64,000 nucleotides of DNA, from assembly GCA_011390645.1 (NCBI GenBank), contig JAABRY010000004.1, forward strand, positions 1,608-65,607, given 5' to 3'. The first letter of the stretch is position 1; the number at the start of each line of letters is the position of its first letter. Source of the DNA: Gemmatimonadota bacterium. GTDB lineage: Bacteria > Gemmatimonadota > Gemmatimonadetes > Gemmatimonadales > GWC2-71-9. The translations under genes were made by a program, and so were the position numbers. Under the pieces are notes generated by a model. That model saw only the letters and a list, made by a program, of their open reading frames with translations. It searched no databases and was not told the DNA's origin. Below are positions 7,716 through 17,084 of the stretch, in pieces.

Positions 7716-8792
7716 ATGACTCCCTCCCAATATGATCGCTTCATCCGCCTGCTCGACGCCCCCGGTCCATCGGGATTCGAACGCATTCCCGCTCGGCTGT
7801 GGCGCGAGGACGCCGCCTTTGCCGACGAAGTCCGCGCCGACGTCAACGGCAACTCCCTGGCAACCGTCTTCCCTGCTGGGGACCGCCGCGACGGACCACG
7901 CTTGATGTTCGCCGGCCACATCGACGAGATCGGCGTGATGCTCGTGCACGTGGATGACGACGGCTACTGCTATTTCGATCCGATTGGCGGCTGGGACCCC
8001 CAGGTCTTCGTGGGTCAACGCGTCACCCTCCTCGGCACCAACGGCCCCGTTGCTGGCGTGATCGGCAAGCAGGCGATTCACACGATGGACCAGGCCTCGC
8101 GCGACAAACTGTCGAAGCCGCAGGATCTCTGGATCGACATCGGGGCGAGGAACCGAGCCGAGGCGATCGCGCAGGTCGGACCTGGCACACCAGGCGTGCT
8201 GGGCAGCACGGTCACCCGCTTGCCGAATGATCGGGTCGTCTCCCGCTCGCTCGACAATCGCGTTGGCGCGTTCGTGGTCCTCGAGGCGCTGCGCCTGCTC
8301 TCGGAGACACGTCCCGCTGTTCCGGTAACGGCGGTCGCGACCACACAGGAGGAGATCGCCTACACAGGTGGGGGCGCGCGCACCTCGGCAACCTCCCTCG
8401 AGGCGGTTGCCGCGATCGTCGTGGACGTGACCCACGCCACCGATTCACCAGGCATCGAGAAGAAGCGTCATGGTGACGTGAAGCTGGGCAGTGGCGCGGT
8501 GATCACGCGTGGCGCCGCGGTGAATGGCGTGGTGTTCGAGCGGCTCGTGGCGGCGGCCGAAGCCGAGAAGATCCCGTACGTGGTGCAGGGGGCGGCGCGC
8601 TCCACCGGGACCGATGCCGACGCGATCTTCACGGCGCATCGCGGCGTCGCGACGGGTTTGGTCTCGGTACCGCTGCGCTACATGCACTCACCCAATGAAA
8701 TGGTCGCGCTGGATGATGTGCTCGCAGTGGCGCGGCTGCTGGCGGCCTTCGCGAAGGGGCTTGATGGAGAGACGGATTTTACGGAGAACTGA
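7716..8792 (+). CDS. M42-family metallopeptidase (glutamyl aminopeptidase/FrvX-like)
   Basis: 358 aa with an M42 pattern (PSGFE, FAGHIDEIG, SRSLDNRVG, TTQEEI, PLRYMHSPNE). Confidence 0.85.
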   Translation: MTPSQYDRFIRLLDAPGPSGFERIPARLWREDAAFADEVRADVNGNSLATVFPAGDRRDGPRLMFAGHIDEIGVMLVHVDDDGYCYFDPIGGWDPQVFVGQRVTLLGTNGPVAGVIGKQAIHTMDQASRDKLSKPQDLWIDIGARNRAEAIAQVGPGTPGVLGSTVTRLPNDRVVSRSLDNRVGAFVVLEALRLLSETRPAVPVTAVATTQEEIAYTGGGARTSATSLEAVAAIVVDVTHATDSPGIEKKRHGDVKLGSGAVITRGAAVNGVVFERLVAAAEAEKIPYVVQGAARSTGTDADAIFTAHRGVATGLVSVPLRYMHSPNEMVALDDVLAVARLLAAFAKGLDGETDFTEN

Positions 8793-8795
8793 GTG

Positions 8796-8939
8796 GGATG
8801 CTGGATGTTGGATGTTGGATGTTGGACCCTCGTCCCCACCGGAGGGAGGGACCTCGTCTAGCGCCACCTTCGGGACCTCCGCGGTGGGTGTTGCGGCAGA
8901 TCCAAAGCTCCAACATCCAACATCCAACATCCAACATCC
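8796..8939. repeat. hairpin built from (GGATGTT)n / (AACATCC)n arrays
   Basis: Left arm 8796-8826 pairs with right arm 8909-8939 over 31 bp with one mismatch. The loop is about 82 nt and contains CCCACCG/CGGTGGG. The element fills the gap between convergent stops at 8792 and 8941. Confidence 0.9.
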
Positions 8940-8940
8940 C

Positions 8941-10002
8941 TCACCGCAACGCCGCAATCGCCTCGGCCGTCCCGATATTCTCCAGCGCGCGCAATGCCGC
9001 GGTGCGCACCCGTTCATCGCTATGGCGGCGCAGCGCGGCGAGGGTCGGGATCGCGGCTTCGAGGCGCCGCCGCCCCACCACCGCGATGACATCCCGCAAC
9101 ACATTTGTCGGCGTGGTCGGGGTGAGGGCTTCCAGGAGCGCCGGCTCCGCGTGCCCGATGCTCTCGAGCGCCGCGACGTAGCTATGGCGCGCCTGCCGAC
9201 TCGGGTCGTCGGCGAGCGCCTCGAGGATCGCCTCGACGCCCTCGCGACCAAGTGTCGCGATCCCGCGCGAAAGTGGCGCGCCCGGGCTGAGGGTCGGCAG
9301 TTCTCCAACCATTCGCTTCAACATGTCCGGCGAGATGACCCGGTGACGTTCCTGCGCGATGATCCATCGCTCGGCGTCGTTGACTCGTTCTTCGATGGCG
9401 TGCAGCTCCAGGAGCATCTGGGCGATGCCGTCCCAGTCCCAGCGAGTTGCCGCTGCCATCCCCGCCTCGATCAACGGCTCGAGGCGCACGCTCAGGGCGG
9501 CGCGGTCGGCGGCCTCCGACACCAGGCCTGGCTCCGCTTCGGTGTATGGGCTGACTGGCGCACGCTGCTCCACGGCGCTGCTCGCTTCACCCTCCGGTGT
9601 CGCATCCTGCACGACGTCGGACGAGATGCTCACGTCGGTGCCAGGGACGGCCGCCTGTAGCGCGTGGGCGAACTGTTCGGGGGTCGGGTAGAGACCGGCT
9701 GCCGAGTCGAGGGTGGAGGCGAGTTCGCTCCAACGCGCGGCATCGATGTGGTCAGGGATCGTGAGCTGGCGGATGTGGTGGCGCGTGAGTGCGGCACGGA
9801 CGATGGCCACGCCGGGGGCGCCGTTGGGAACCGGGACGCCATTGACGATCAGGCGGTGGGGTTCGATTTCCCAGCTGCTCGGGCCCGGACCGGCGGCGCG
9901 CGCCAGCAGGTCCGCGGCACGCGCCAGCGCGGCCGGGTCAGACGTCGCGCTGCGGATCTGCTGGAGCGTCGCGGCGAAGAGGGCGGTCAGGGGAATCGGC
10001 AC
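8941..10002 (-). CDS. HEAT-repeat protein, function unknown
   Basis: The C-terminal third has HEAT/PBS-lyase-like repeats (..ALESIGHAEPALLEAL.., ..HSDERVRTAALRALENIGTAEAI..). Third-position GC becomes strongly coding only from GTG 10002. The track start TTG 10080 is the alternative. Confidence 0.6.
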   Translation of the reverse strand: MPIPLTALFAATLQQIRSATSDPAALARAADLLARAAGPGPSSWEIEPHRLIVNGVPVPNGAPGVAIVRAALTRHHIRQLTIPDHIDAARWSELASTLDSAAGLYPTPEQFAHALQAAVPGTDVSISSDVVQDATPEGEASSAVEQRAPVSPYTEAEPGLVSEAADRAALSVRLEPLIEAGMAAATRWDWDGIAQMLLELHAIEERVNDAERWIIAQERHRVISPDMLKRMVGELPTLSPGAPLSRGIATLGREGVEAILEALADDPSRQARHSYVAALESIGHAEPALLEALTPTTPTNVLRDVIAVVGRRRLEAAIPTLAALRRHSDERVRTAALRALENIGTAEAIAALR

Positions 10003-11677
10003 GTTGTGACCCGGGCTGATGGAATTCCGAGAGGATACCTGCAATCGCGTCCCGGCGGCAGGGGGTAGCCCCCACACCAAGATGCTGTCCGATCGCCAGC
10101 GCGGCGGGGGACGTCAACCCGGTCGCTGGCCAGTGATTGGTGAGCACGCCGATCTCGTGCACCGCGCCATCGCCCACCAACACGCCCTGATCCAGCGCCT
10201 CGTGTGCGAAGGTCGCGTCATGTGTCACTGCAAGAATCGTGGCGCCTTCCGCCTGCGCCGCTCGCACCGACGCGATCACCCGGTCACGCGAGCGGGCATC
10301 CAACGCGGCGGTCGGTTCATCGAGCAGCAGCAATCGCGGTCGGGTCACCAACACGGTCGCCAGCGCGACCAGTCGCCGCAGCGGCAGCGGCAGGTCCCAC
10401 GGATGCTCCTCGGCCAGTTCCGTGAGTCCCAGCGCGTCGAGTACTTCCGCGACGGCGGCTGCCGTATCGGCGGCACTCCACCCGGCGAGCCGCGGACCCA
10501 TGCCACATTCCGCCCGCACTGACGAGGCGAAGAGTTGGCGCTCGGGCTGCTGGAAGAGGAAGCCCGTCGCTGGGGCGAGGTCCTCCGGCCCGCGGCCCGT
10601 AGTGAGCTGGTCGAGCGTGTGGACGGTCCCCCCCCCAGGGTGCTCGAGCGCCATCGCCAGCCGCAACAAGGTGGACTTGCCCGCACCATTGGGGCCGAGT
10701 GCCGCCGTGCTGGTGCCTGCGGCGAGTTGGAGCGTGGCCTCGCGGAAAACGGGGGGTCGGCCGGGGTAGCCGAACGTCACGCCGTTGAGGACCAAGGGGG
10801 GCGCCGCTCTCACGATGGGGGTGGGGGCCGGTGCGCCATCAGGCATCGAGGTGCGGGGTGAAGGGGGGAGCATCCCGACCAGGTCCGCCACCTCGAGTGG
10901 GCGGGGGGCGGGCCAGCCTGCGCGGGAGGCAAGGTCCGCCGCGCCGGTCGTCGCGGCCCCGAGCGTACGGAGGGCATCTCCTGCCAGCAGCTCGTCGGGT
11001 GTCCCATCCAGTGCGATGCGCCCGTCGTGCAGCACGATCAGGCGATCAGCGCGGGCCCGCATGGTGTCGGCGTCGTCGCAGGCGACCACGACCGTGCATC
11101 CCTCGCGCGCCAGCACCACGAGCAGCTCGGCCATCGCCTGGCGAGCGGTCTGATCAAGCGCGGAGAAGGGCTCGTCGAGGAGGAGGACGCTGGGTGCGGT
11201 CACCAGCAGTCCTGCGAGGAGGACGCGTTGGGTCTCACCACCGGAGAGGTGATCAGGGGCACGGTCAGCCAGCGCTTCGATGCCGGTGCGAGCGATCGTC
11301 GCTGCGGTCGCCTCGAGAATCCGCATGCGCGGCCATCCGAGGTTCACCGCGCCCATGGCGACTTCATCGTGGACGGTCCGGGCGATCCCGCTGAGCTGCA
11401 GGGCCGGCGAAGGGCCGAGATAGCCAATCCCCTCCCCAAGTGGGGCGCGGGTGGCGGGGTCATGCGCTCCGCAGCGCACCTCTCCCTCGCGCTCGCCGCC
11501 GGTCAGTCTCGGCAGGAGCCCAGCCAACGCGAGCAGCAATGTGCTGCTGCCAGCGCCCAGTGGCCCGTGCAGCCAGGTGAGCTCGCCCGGACGGATCGTG
11601 AGTGACACCCCGTCCAGTGCCCAATGGGGTTGCGCCGGCCAACGGGCGCGCAGGTCACGAGTGACCAGCGGTGTCAT
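9938..11677 (-). CDS. ECF-transporter fused double ATPase (EcfA-EcfA', YkoD-like)
   Basis: Starting at ATG 11677 (M282 of the track ORF) gives 579 aa. It has two Walker A sites (GPLGAGSST, GPNGAGKST), the signature LSGGETQR and Walker B motifs LLLDEP (twice). The start overlaps the EcfT stop (ATGA). Confidence 0.85.
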   Translation of the reverse strand: MTPLVTRDLRARWPAQPHWALDGVSLTIRPGELTWLHGPLGAGSSTLLLALAGLLPRLTGGEREGEVRCGAHDPATRAPLGEGIGYLGPSPALQLSGIARTVHDEVAMGAVNLGWPRMRILEATAATIARTGIEALADRAPDHLSGGETQRVLLAGLLVTAPSVLLLDEPFSALDQTARQAMAELLVVLAREGCTVVVACDDADTMRARADRLIVLHDGRIALDGTPDELLAGDALRTLGAATTGAADLASRAGWPAPRPLEVADLVGMLPPSPRTSMPDGAPAPTPIVRAAPPLVLNGVTFGYPGRPPVFREATLQLAAGTSTAALGPNGAGKSTLLRLAMALEHPGGGTVHTLDQLTTGRGPEDLAPATGFLFQQPERQLFASSVRAECGMGPRLAGWSAADTAAAVAEVLDALGLTELAEEHPWDLPLPLRRLVALATVLVTRPRLLLLDEPTAALDARSRDRVIASVRAAQAEGATILAVTHDATFAHEALDQGVLVGDGAVHEIGVLTNHWPATGLTSPAALAIGQHLGVGATPCRRDAIAGILSEFHQPGSQRADSPDRPLRRDAPADPQRDV

Positions 11678-12414
11678 GCGATCGTGCCGATGCGCCAGAC
11701 AATGGCGGCGAGCACCGCCGCGAGCGCGGCCCACCGAATCATCCGATCGATCGCCGTGTCTGGCGGTGGGTCGAGCGCGGTGCGCTGTCCGGGCAGGGTG
11801 AGTCCTCGTGTCTCGAGGGCAAGCGCGTGCTCGTCCGCCTCGGTCAACGCCGCCAGCATCAGCGGAAAGGCGAGCGCGGGTATGGCGCGTGCTCGTGTCG
11901 CCAGGGACCCGCGGACACGGAGCCCTCTGGTGCGCTGTGCCTCGCGCAGTCGTCGTGCCTGTCCGCCAAAGCGCTCGGCGGCGTCGAGCGTTGCCACCAC
12001 CAGGAAGGCCGCGGTCCATGGCCACCGTCGCGCGATCGCTGCCTGCAGGAAGCGGTGTGGGTCGAAGGTGACGGCGAACGCGAGGGAGGCGGTGATGATC
12101 GCCCCCAATCGCGTCCCCTGCCCGATGGCCCACTCCAGTCCCTCCGCGGAGAGCGTCCCCCCCCCAATGAAGGACACCCGCGGTCCCTCGCCCAGCACGC
12201 CATGCATCACGAAGAGCAGCAGCCAGAGTGGTCCCGCGATGATCAGGGCGAGCCAGACACCCCGCGCGGCGCCGGTGAGGAGTGCGAGCGCCACGGTCAC
12301 GGCATAGAGCCATGCCGTGCCGAGTGGGGCAGGGGCCAGCACGCCGAGGGTCGCCAGGGCGAGCGCCACGGCGCCGGTCGTGAAGGGATGGGCCTGTCGT
12401 GCGAGCGCGGTCAT
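11674..12414 (-). CDS. ECF-transporter transmembrane T component (EcfT/CbiQ family)
   Basis: 246 aa and polytopic, with a conserved Arg-rich coupling segment (..ERFGGQARRLREAQRTRGL..). It is overlap-coupled to both neighbours. Confidence 0.8.
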   Translation of the reverse strand: MTALARQAHPFTTGAVALALATLGVLAPAPLGTAWLYAVTVALALLTGAARGVWLALIIAGPLWLLLFVMHGVLGEGPRVSFIGGGTLSAEGLEWAIGQGTRLGAIITASLAFAVTFDPHRFLQAAIARRWPWTAAFLVVATLDAAERFGGQARRLREAQRTRGLRVRGSLATRARAIPALAFPLMLAALTEADEHALALETRGLTLPGQRTALDPPPDTAIDRMIRWAALAAVLAAIVWRIGTIA

Positions 12415-12989
12415 CGACCGACTGCTCGGGCCGCCAGCGGAAACCGACCCAGCACGCGGCGGGGCAGGGCGCGCAACAGCATGCCGACCACCACGAAGGC
12501 GATCGTCTTGTCGACCACATCGGTGCCCACCGAGGCGGCGGTCACCGAGGCCTCAAGCGAGAAGCCCATCGACCGGAAGAGGGCGCTGATCATGGTCACT
12601 CCGCCAGCGGTGACCCCGCGGAACAGCACGTACGAGATCACCGCCGATGTCGCGCCGCAGAGGGCGCCGCAGGCCGCCCCCCATGCGGCGCTGCGCCAGG
12701 TCCCGGCGAAACCGCCACGCCACGCCGCCACGGCGGCCAGCACGGCAATCAGCCACTGGATGGGCGTGAAGGCGAGCCAGATGTAGCCGGAGAGCATCCC
12801 GGAGAGCACCTGGCTCACCGTCCCCACCAGCAAGCCGCCGGAGAGCCCAGCCAGTACCGCCACCAGCATCGTCCCGAGGGTGTCGAGATAGACCGGGAGG
12901 GCGAGCTCCGCGACGATTCGCCCGATCACCAGATTGATGGCGACCGCGGCGGGGATCAGGGCGAAGAGGCGAGGGGACACGGCGTCCAC
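12411..12989 (-). CDS. ECF-transporter substrate-binding S component (YkoE-like?)
   Basis: 192 aa and polytopic. The segment ..LPVYLDTLGTMLVAVLAG.. resembles YkoE-type S components. It is the first gene of the S-T-AA operon. Confidence 0.7.
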   Translation of the reverse strand: MDAVSPRLFALIPAAVAINLVIGRIVAELALPVYLDTLGTMLVAVLAGLSGGLLVGTVSQVLSGMLSGYIWLAFTPIQWLIAVLAAVAAWRGGFAGTWRSAAWGAACGALCGATSAVISYVLFRGVTAGGVTMISALFRSMGFSLEASVTAASVGTDVVDKTIAFVVVGMLLRALPRRVLGRFPLAARAVGR

Positions 12990-13039
12990 ACGGGGATAGG
13001 GGGGAGATTAGAATGTAAGGGTCTCTCAACCCGGATGTC

Positions 13040-13420
13040 GTGATGCGTATCACCCTGTCGGTCCTCGTGCTCCTCGCCGCCGCCGCCCCGCTGGCGGCTC
13101 AGGCCACCCCGCCCGCTCCGCCGGCAGCAGCGCCGGTGCAGACCGGGTACGGTTCGTGGTTCGGCTCGATTCCTGACACCGATCAAGACGGGCAGGGCAT
13201 TGTGCTGACCGGTGTGAGTTCGGGGTCACCGGCCGAAAAGGCCGGGCTCAAGGCCAACGACATCATCGTGATGATGGCCGGCAAGGAGACGCCCGGGCTC
13301 GCCGAGATGGTCGCGGTGCTCCGCACCCACAAGCCCGGTGAGACCATCGAGGTCGTCTACTGGCGCGGTGAGGAGAAGAAGACGGTGAAGGTCACCCTCG
13401 CCCTGCGTCCGGGCGCGTGA
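13040..13420 (+). CDS. secreted PDZ-domain protein
   Basis: 126 aa with a signal peptide (LAAAAPLAAQA) and a PDZ core (GIVLTGVSSGSPAEKAGLKANDIIVMMAG). Confidence 0.7.
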   Translation: MMRITLSVLVLLAAAAPLAAQATPPAPPAAAPVQTGYGSWFGSIPDTDQDGQGIVLTGVSSGSPAEKAGLKANDIIVMMAGKETPGLAEMVAVLRTHKPGETIEVVYWRGEEKKTVKVTLALRPGA

Positions 13421-13878
13421 GCGCGACCGTACTGCATGCGGAACCGGTGATCACCCGGTTGCGCAGCGCGTTCAACCACGGCTCTGATCGGACGCGGTTG
13501 CTCACCCTCGCCGCCGAACTGATGCGCGAGGCGGGTGAGCCGTACACCTCCGTGTACCTGTACATGCTGCACGGCGATGATCTCGTGCTCGAGGGGTTCG
13601 CGGGTCGTGAGACCGACCATACCCGCATCCCGGTGGGCAAGGGGGTCTGCGGGACCGCAGTGGCCACCGGCGAAGACCAGAATGTCGGCGACGTGCGCGG
13701 GCGCGAGAACTACATCGCCTGCAACACCTTCACCCGTTCCGAGCTGGTCGTGCTGATTCGTCGCGGCGACAAGATCCTCGGTCAGATTGATGTGGATTCC
13801 GACGTGCTCGATCCGTTCACCGCGGCCGAGGAGCGCGAGGTGCGCCTGGTGGCCGACGCCCTCGCGGCGCTGCTCTGA
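13417..13878 (+). CDS. GAF-domain protein (free Met-R-sulfoxide reductase-like)
   Basis: 153 aa. The segment ..VGKGVCGTAVATGEDQNVGDV..YIACNTFTRSELVV..GQIDVDS is typical of single-domain GAF/MsrC-like proteins. The GTG start overlaps the previous stop. Confidence 0.8.
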   Translation: MSATVLHAEPVITRLRSAFNHGSDRTRLLTLAAELMREAGEPYTSVYLYMLHGDDLVLEGFAGRETDHTRIPVGKGVCGTAVATGEDQNVGDVRGRENYIACNTFTRSELVVLIRRGDKILGQIDVDSDVLDPFTAAEEREVRLVADALAALL

Positions 13879-13952
13879 GCGAGGCGCACACCACCGAGCG
13901 GCAGGTCCGCGGCGTCACCCTCTTCGAGCGACGCATCGGCGAGGGCCCGGAG

Positions 13953-14720
13953 GTGATCGTCCTCCACGGCGGTCCCGGCGCGCATCACGACTACCTCCTC
14001 CCCGGCTTCGACACCCTCGCCACGGGGCGCACCCTGGTCTATTACGACCAGCGTGGGGGGGGGAGAAGCGCGGTCGGTCGCGACGTCCCCGTCGGCTGGC
14101 GGGAGCAGGTGCACGACCTCGAGGCGCTTCGGGATGTCTGGGGACTCGAGCAGCTCCACCTCTGCGGCTATTCGTGGGGCGCGCTGCTTGCGATGCTCTA
14201 TGCGACGACCTTTCCCGCCCGTGTCGCCTCGCTCGCACTGGTCTCGCCGGCCCCGGCCGCGCGCGCCGAACGCACGCAGTACGAGGCCGCACTGGCAGCA
14301 CGCGGTGCCACGCCCGAGTTGGTGGCGGAGCGCGCGGCCCTGCAGGCCAGCGGACTGCGCGAGCGTGACCTCCCGGCCTATCAGCAGCGGCTTTTCGAGC
14401 TGGCCGTCGCGGGCTACTTCCACGACCCATCGCGGGCGAGCGACCTCACCCCGTTCCGGGTGACGGGTCGCACGCAGCAGGCGGTGTGGGATTCGCTCGG
14501 TGACGACTTCGACTTGCGACCGGCGCTGCGCGAACTCGATGTCCCTGCCATCGTCGTGCACGGCGACGATGATCCCATCCCGGTGGCAACGGCCCAGGCG
14601 ACCGCCGATGCCCTGCGTGCTCGCTGCGTCATCCTCCCAGCGAGTGGGCACGTGCCGTACGTCGAAGCGCTGGAGCCGTTCCGCGCCACCCTCGATGGTT
14701 TCCTTCCGGCTGCCAGATGA
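13953..14720 (+). CDS. alpha/beta hydrolase (proline iminopeptidase-like)
   Basis: HGGPG oxyanion motif, nucleophile elbow GYSWGA and C-terminal ..SGHVPY. The true start is probably upstream of the track GTG (see finding at 13875). Confidence 0.8.
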   Translation: MIVLHGGPGAHHDYLLPGFDTLATGRTLVYYDQRGGGRSAVGRDVPVGWREQVHDLEALRDVWGLEQLHLCGYSWGALLAMLYATTFPARVASLALVSPAPAARAERTQYEAALAARGATPELVAERAALQASGLRERDLPAYQQRLFELAVAGYFHDPSRASDLTPFRVTGRTQQAVWDSLGDDFDLRPALRELDVPAIVVHGDDDPIPVATAQATADALRARCVILPASGHVPYVEALEPFRATLDGFLPAAR

Positions 14721-15355
14721 ACGACGTCGCCCGCCCGCATCCGTTCGAGTTGGTCTTCGGCTCGCTGGTGGACGTGCACTTCCCGGCGATTCGCGAGGCG
14801 TTGCCCGCCGATGCGGCGCTCGATGCCTTCCTCGTCTGCACGCCCGCGATCGAACTGCTGCACGAGCTGCGTCCCGATGACGGGCTCGGCGAGGCGGTCG
14901 ATGATTTCGTCGCCTTCGTGCATGCGGCATGGCGTTTCTGGGCGGACGGTGCGGCCACCACACCACTCGATGCGGATGCGACCCGCGCGCTCTGCGCCCT
15001 GGACGCGCCCGCGGCGCTGACCGCCTCTCGCACGACCCAGTACATTCAGGTGGCGCCGCGGCTGGTGTGGGGCCAGTTGGCCGATGGCGAGCAGTGGGAA
15101 CCACTCGATGGCTGGTTCGCGCTCCCGGATCCTGCTGGCCTCCGTATCGTGGCATGCTTCGGGTTGCACGCCGACCGTCCGGGGCTCACGGTGGCTGTGG
15201 TGACGGGAACAGCCCCGCCTGCTGCGGCACGCCCGGATGGATCCGCGCCGTTCGCACCACAGATGCCTGGGGGCGACCTGGCTGGCCTGCACGCCCTCGC
15301 CGATACGGGTGAACTCCTGCTGCTCGCATGGCGTGCCACCGCCACCCCTTCGTGA
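14717..15355 (+). CDS. hypothetical protein
   Basis: 212-aa ORF, overlap-coupled (ATGA) to the hydrolase and ending 8 nt before polX. Third-position GC is high. I recognise no motif. Confidence 0.55.
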   Translation: MNDVARPHPFELVFGSLVDVHFPAIREALPADAALDAFLVCTPAIELLHELRPDDGLGEAVDDFVAFVHAAWRFWADGAATTPLDADATRALCALDAPAALTASRTTQYIQVAPRLVWGQLADGEQWEPLDGWFALPDPAGLRIVACFGLHADRPGLTVAVVTGTAPPAAARPDGSAPFAPQMPGGDLAGLHALADTGELLLLAWRATATPS

Positions 15356-15362
15356 GGACGCG

Positions 15363-17084
15363 ATGACGATCGTGATGGATCGGGCAGGCGTGGCCGCCGC
15401 GATCGAGCGGCTCGCCGAATACCTCGAACTGAAGGGCGAGAACACCTTCCGTGTGCGCGCCTTCCGCGCCGCCGCGAAAACGGTGGACGGCTACGCCGGT
15501 GACTTCGCCGCTGCCGTCGCGGATGGGTCCTTTGCGCAGATGAAGGGGATCGGCCCCGCGCTGCGAGATGTCATCACCGAGTTGGCCACGACGGGCCGCT
15601 CCGAGTTGTTCGAGTCGCTGCGCGCCGAAGTACCGCCCGGCCTGGTCGACATGCTCGGCATCTCGGGCCTTGGCGTGGCGCGCATTCGCCAGATCCACGA
15701 GACCCTCGGCATCGATACGCTGCCCGATCTCGAAGCGGCCGCGCGCGACGGCCGGCTTGCCACGTTGCCGCGCTTCGGGGCTCGCACCGCCGAGAACATT
15801 CTCAAGGGCATCGCCTTCCTGCGGCAGGCGAGCCAATGGCGGCTCTGCCATCACGCCGCGGAGGAGGCACGCGCGTTGGCGGAGGCACTCAGCCGGGTGC
15901 CGCACGTGCTGGCGGCGCACCCGGCCGGCGAGGTGCGGCGTCGCACCGAGGTGGTGCGCGAGCTGGTGATGGTGGTGGTCGCCGATGTGGCTCCCGAGGA
16001 GCTGTTTCGCCTGATCAGTGATGCCATCGGGGTGCGCGAGATCGCCGGACAGGATGAGCGCCACGCCACCCTCAAGCTTGGGGGAGGGACGTCGGTGCAA
16101 GTGGTGGTGACGCCACCGCAGAACCTCGGGGCGGTCCTCGTGCAGGCGACCGGCAGCGACGCGCATCTCGCCGCCCTCGCCGAGCATGCGCGGACCAACG
16201 GCTTCACGCTCGCCGGGACGGCATTGTGGGAGGGGAGTCGCTTCGTCCCGACCCCCGACGAGCAGACGCTGTACCGCGCCCTCGGACTGCCATGGATTCC
16301 GCCTGAACTGCGCGAAGATGGCAGCGAAGTCGGGCGCCCGGTCCCGCGGTTGGTCGAGCGCGCCGACCTCAAGGGCTTCCTCCACTGCCACACGACGTAT
16401 TCCGACGGCAGCAACTCGGTCGAGGAGCTCGCCCGCGGCGTGCGCGAGGCGGGTTACGACTGGCTCGGCATCACCGATCATTCGCGCTCGGCGGGATACG
16501 CGGGCGGGATGCAGCCCGACGATCTGCGCCGTCAGTGGGACGAGATCGACGCAGTCAACGCACTGCAACTGGGGATCACGGTCTTCAAGGGGATCGAGAG
16601 CGACATCCTTGCGGATGGTGCACTCGACTACCCGGACGACGTGCTCGACGGCTTCGATTTCATCATTGCCAGCGTCCACTCGCGCTTCACCATGAGCGAG
16701 CAGGAGATGACGGCGCGCTTCCTTCGGGCGATTGCGCACCCGGCCGTCACGATCCTCGGCCACCCGACAGGACGACTGCTCCTGCAGCGCGACGCGTATG
16801 CGCTGGACCTGGACGCGATCTTCGACGCGGCGGGGGCCGCCGGGGTCGGCATCGAGATCAACGCCGACCCGCACCGGTTGGATCTCGACTGGCGGGTGCT
16901 GCGGCGTGCACGCGAAGCCGGGGTGATGATCAGCATCGGGGCCGACGCGCACAACCTCGGGGGGCTTGCGAACGTCGAGTACGGCGTCGCGATCGCGCGA
17001 AAGGGTGGCCTCGGTCCGGACGAGATCCTCAACGCCCGTGATGCGGCCGGCTTCCGCGCCTTCGTCGCCGCGCGCCGAGCCTGA
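15363..17084 (+). CDS. polX: DNA polymerase X family protein with C-terminal PHP domain
   Basis: ATG 15363 is M43 of the track ORF. It has N-terminal HhH/PolX motifs (ENTFRVRAFRAAAKTV, MKGIGPALRDVI, GLGVARIRQI) and PHP motifs (LHCHTTYSDG, SVHS, GADAH). Confidence 0.85.
   Translation: MTIVMDRAGVAAAIERLAEYLELKGENTFRVRAFRAAAKTVDGYAGDFAAAVADGSFAQMKGIGPALRDVITELATTGRSELFESLRAEVPPGLVDMLGISGLGVARIRQIHETLGIDTLPDLEAAARDGRLATLPRFGARTAENILKGIAFLRQASQWRLCHHAAEEARALAEALSRVPHVLAAHPAGEVRRRTEVVRELVMVVVADVAPEELFRLISDAIGVREIAGQDERHATLKLGGGTSVQVVVTPPQNLGAVLVQATGSDAHLAALAEHARTNGFTLAGTALWEGSRFVPTPDEQTLYRALGLPWIPPELREDGSEVGRPVPRLVERADLKGFLHCHTTYSDGSNSVEELARGVREAGYDWLGITDHSRSAGYAGGMQPDDLRRQWDEIDAVNALQLGITVFKGIESDILADGALDYPDDVLDGFDFIIASVHSRFTMSEQEMTARFLRAIAHPAVTILGHPTGRLLLQRDAYALDLDAIFDAAGAAGVGIEINADPHRLDLDWRVLRRAREAGVMISIGADAHNLGGLANVEYGVAIARKGGLGPDEILNARDAAGFRAFVAARRA

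Noticed and set aside
7772-7784. The tRNA T-arm-like string GGGATTCGAACGC.
   Set aside because: It lies inside the well-supported M42 peptidase ORF (..SGFERIP..). I could not build a cloverleaf or acceptor stem around it.
12990-13039. A TPP or other riboswitch expected upstream of the YkoE-like ECF S-component gene.
   Set aside because: Only about 50 nt separate it from the divergent PDZ gene, and I see no THI-box elements (no CUGAGA or ACCUGAUCUGGAUAAUGCCAGCG-like core). The substrate assignment is therefore left open.
14055-14063. G9/C8-C10 homopolymer runs, many inside ORFs, considered as phase-variation tracts (also near 10628, 12158, 25611, 29700, 48391, 51101 and 60863).
   Set aside because: At about 33% G and 33% C, roughly a dozen runs of 8 or more are expected by chance in 64 kb. 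Those inside genes encode in-frame Gly/Pro triplets, and they show no clustering at 5' ends of surface genes.
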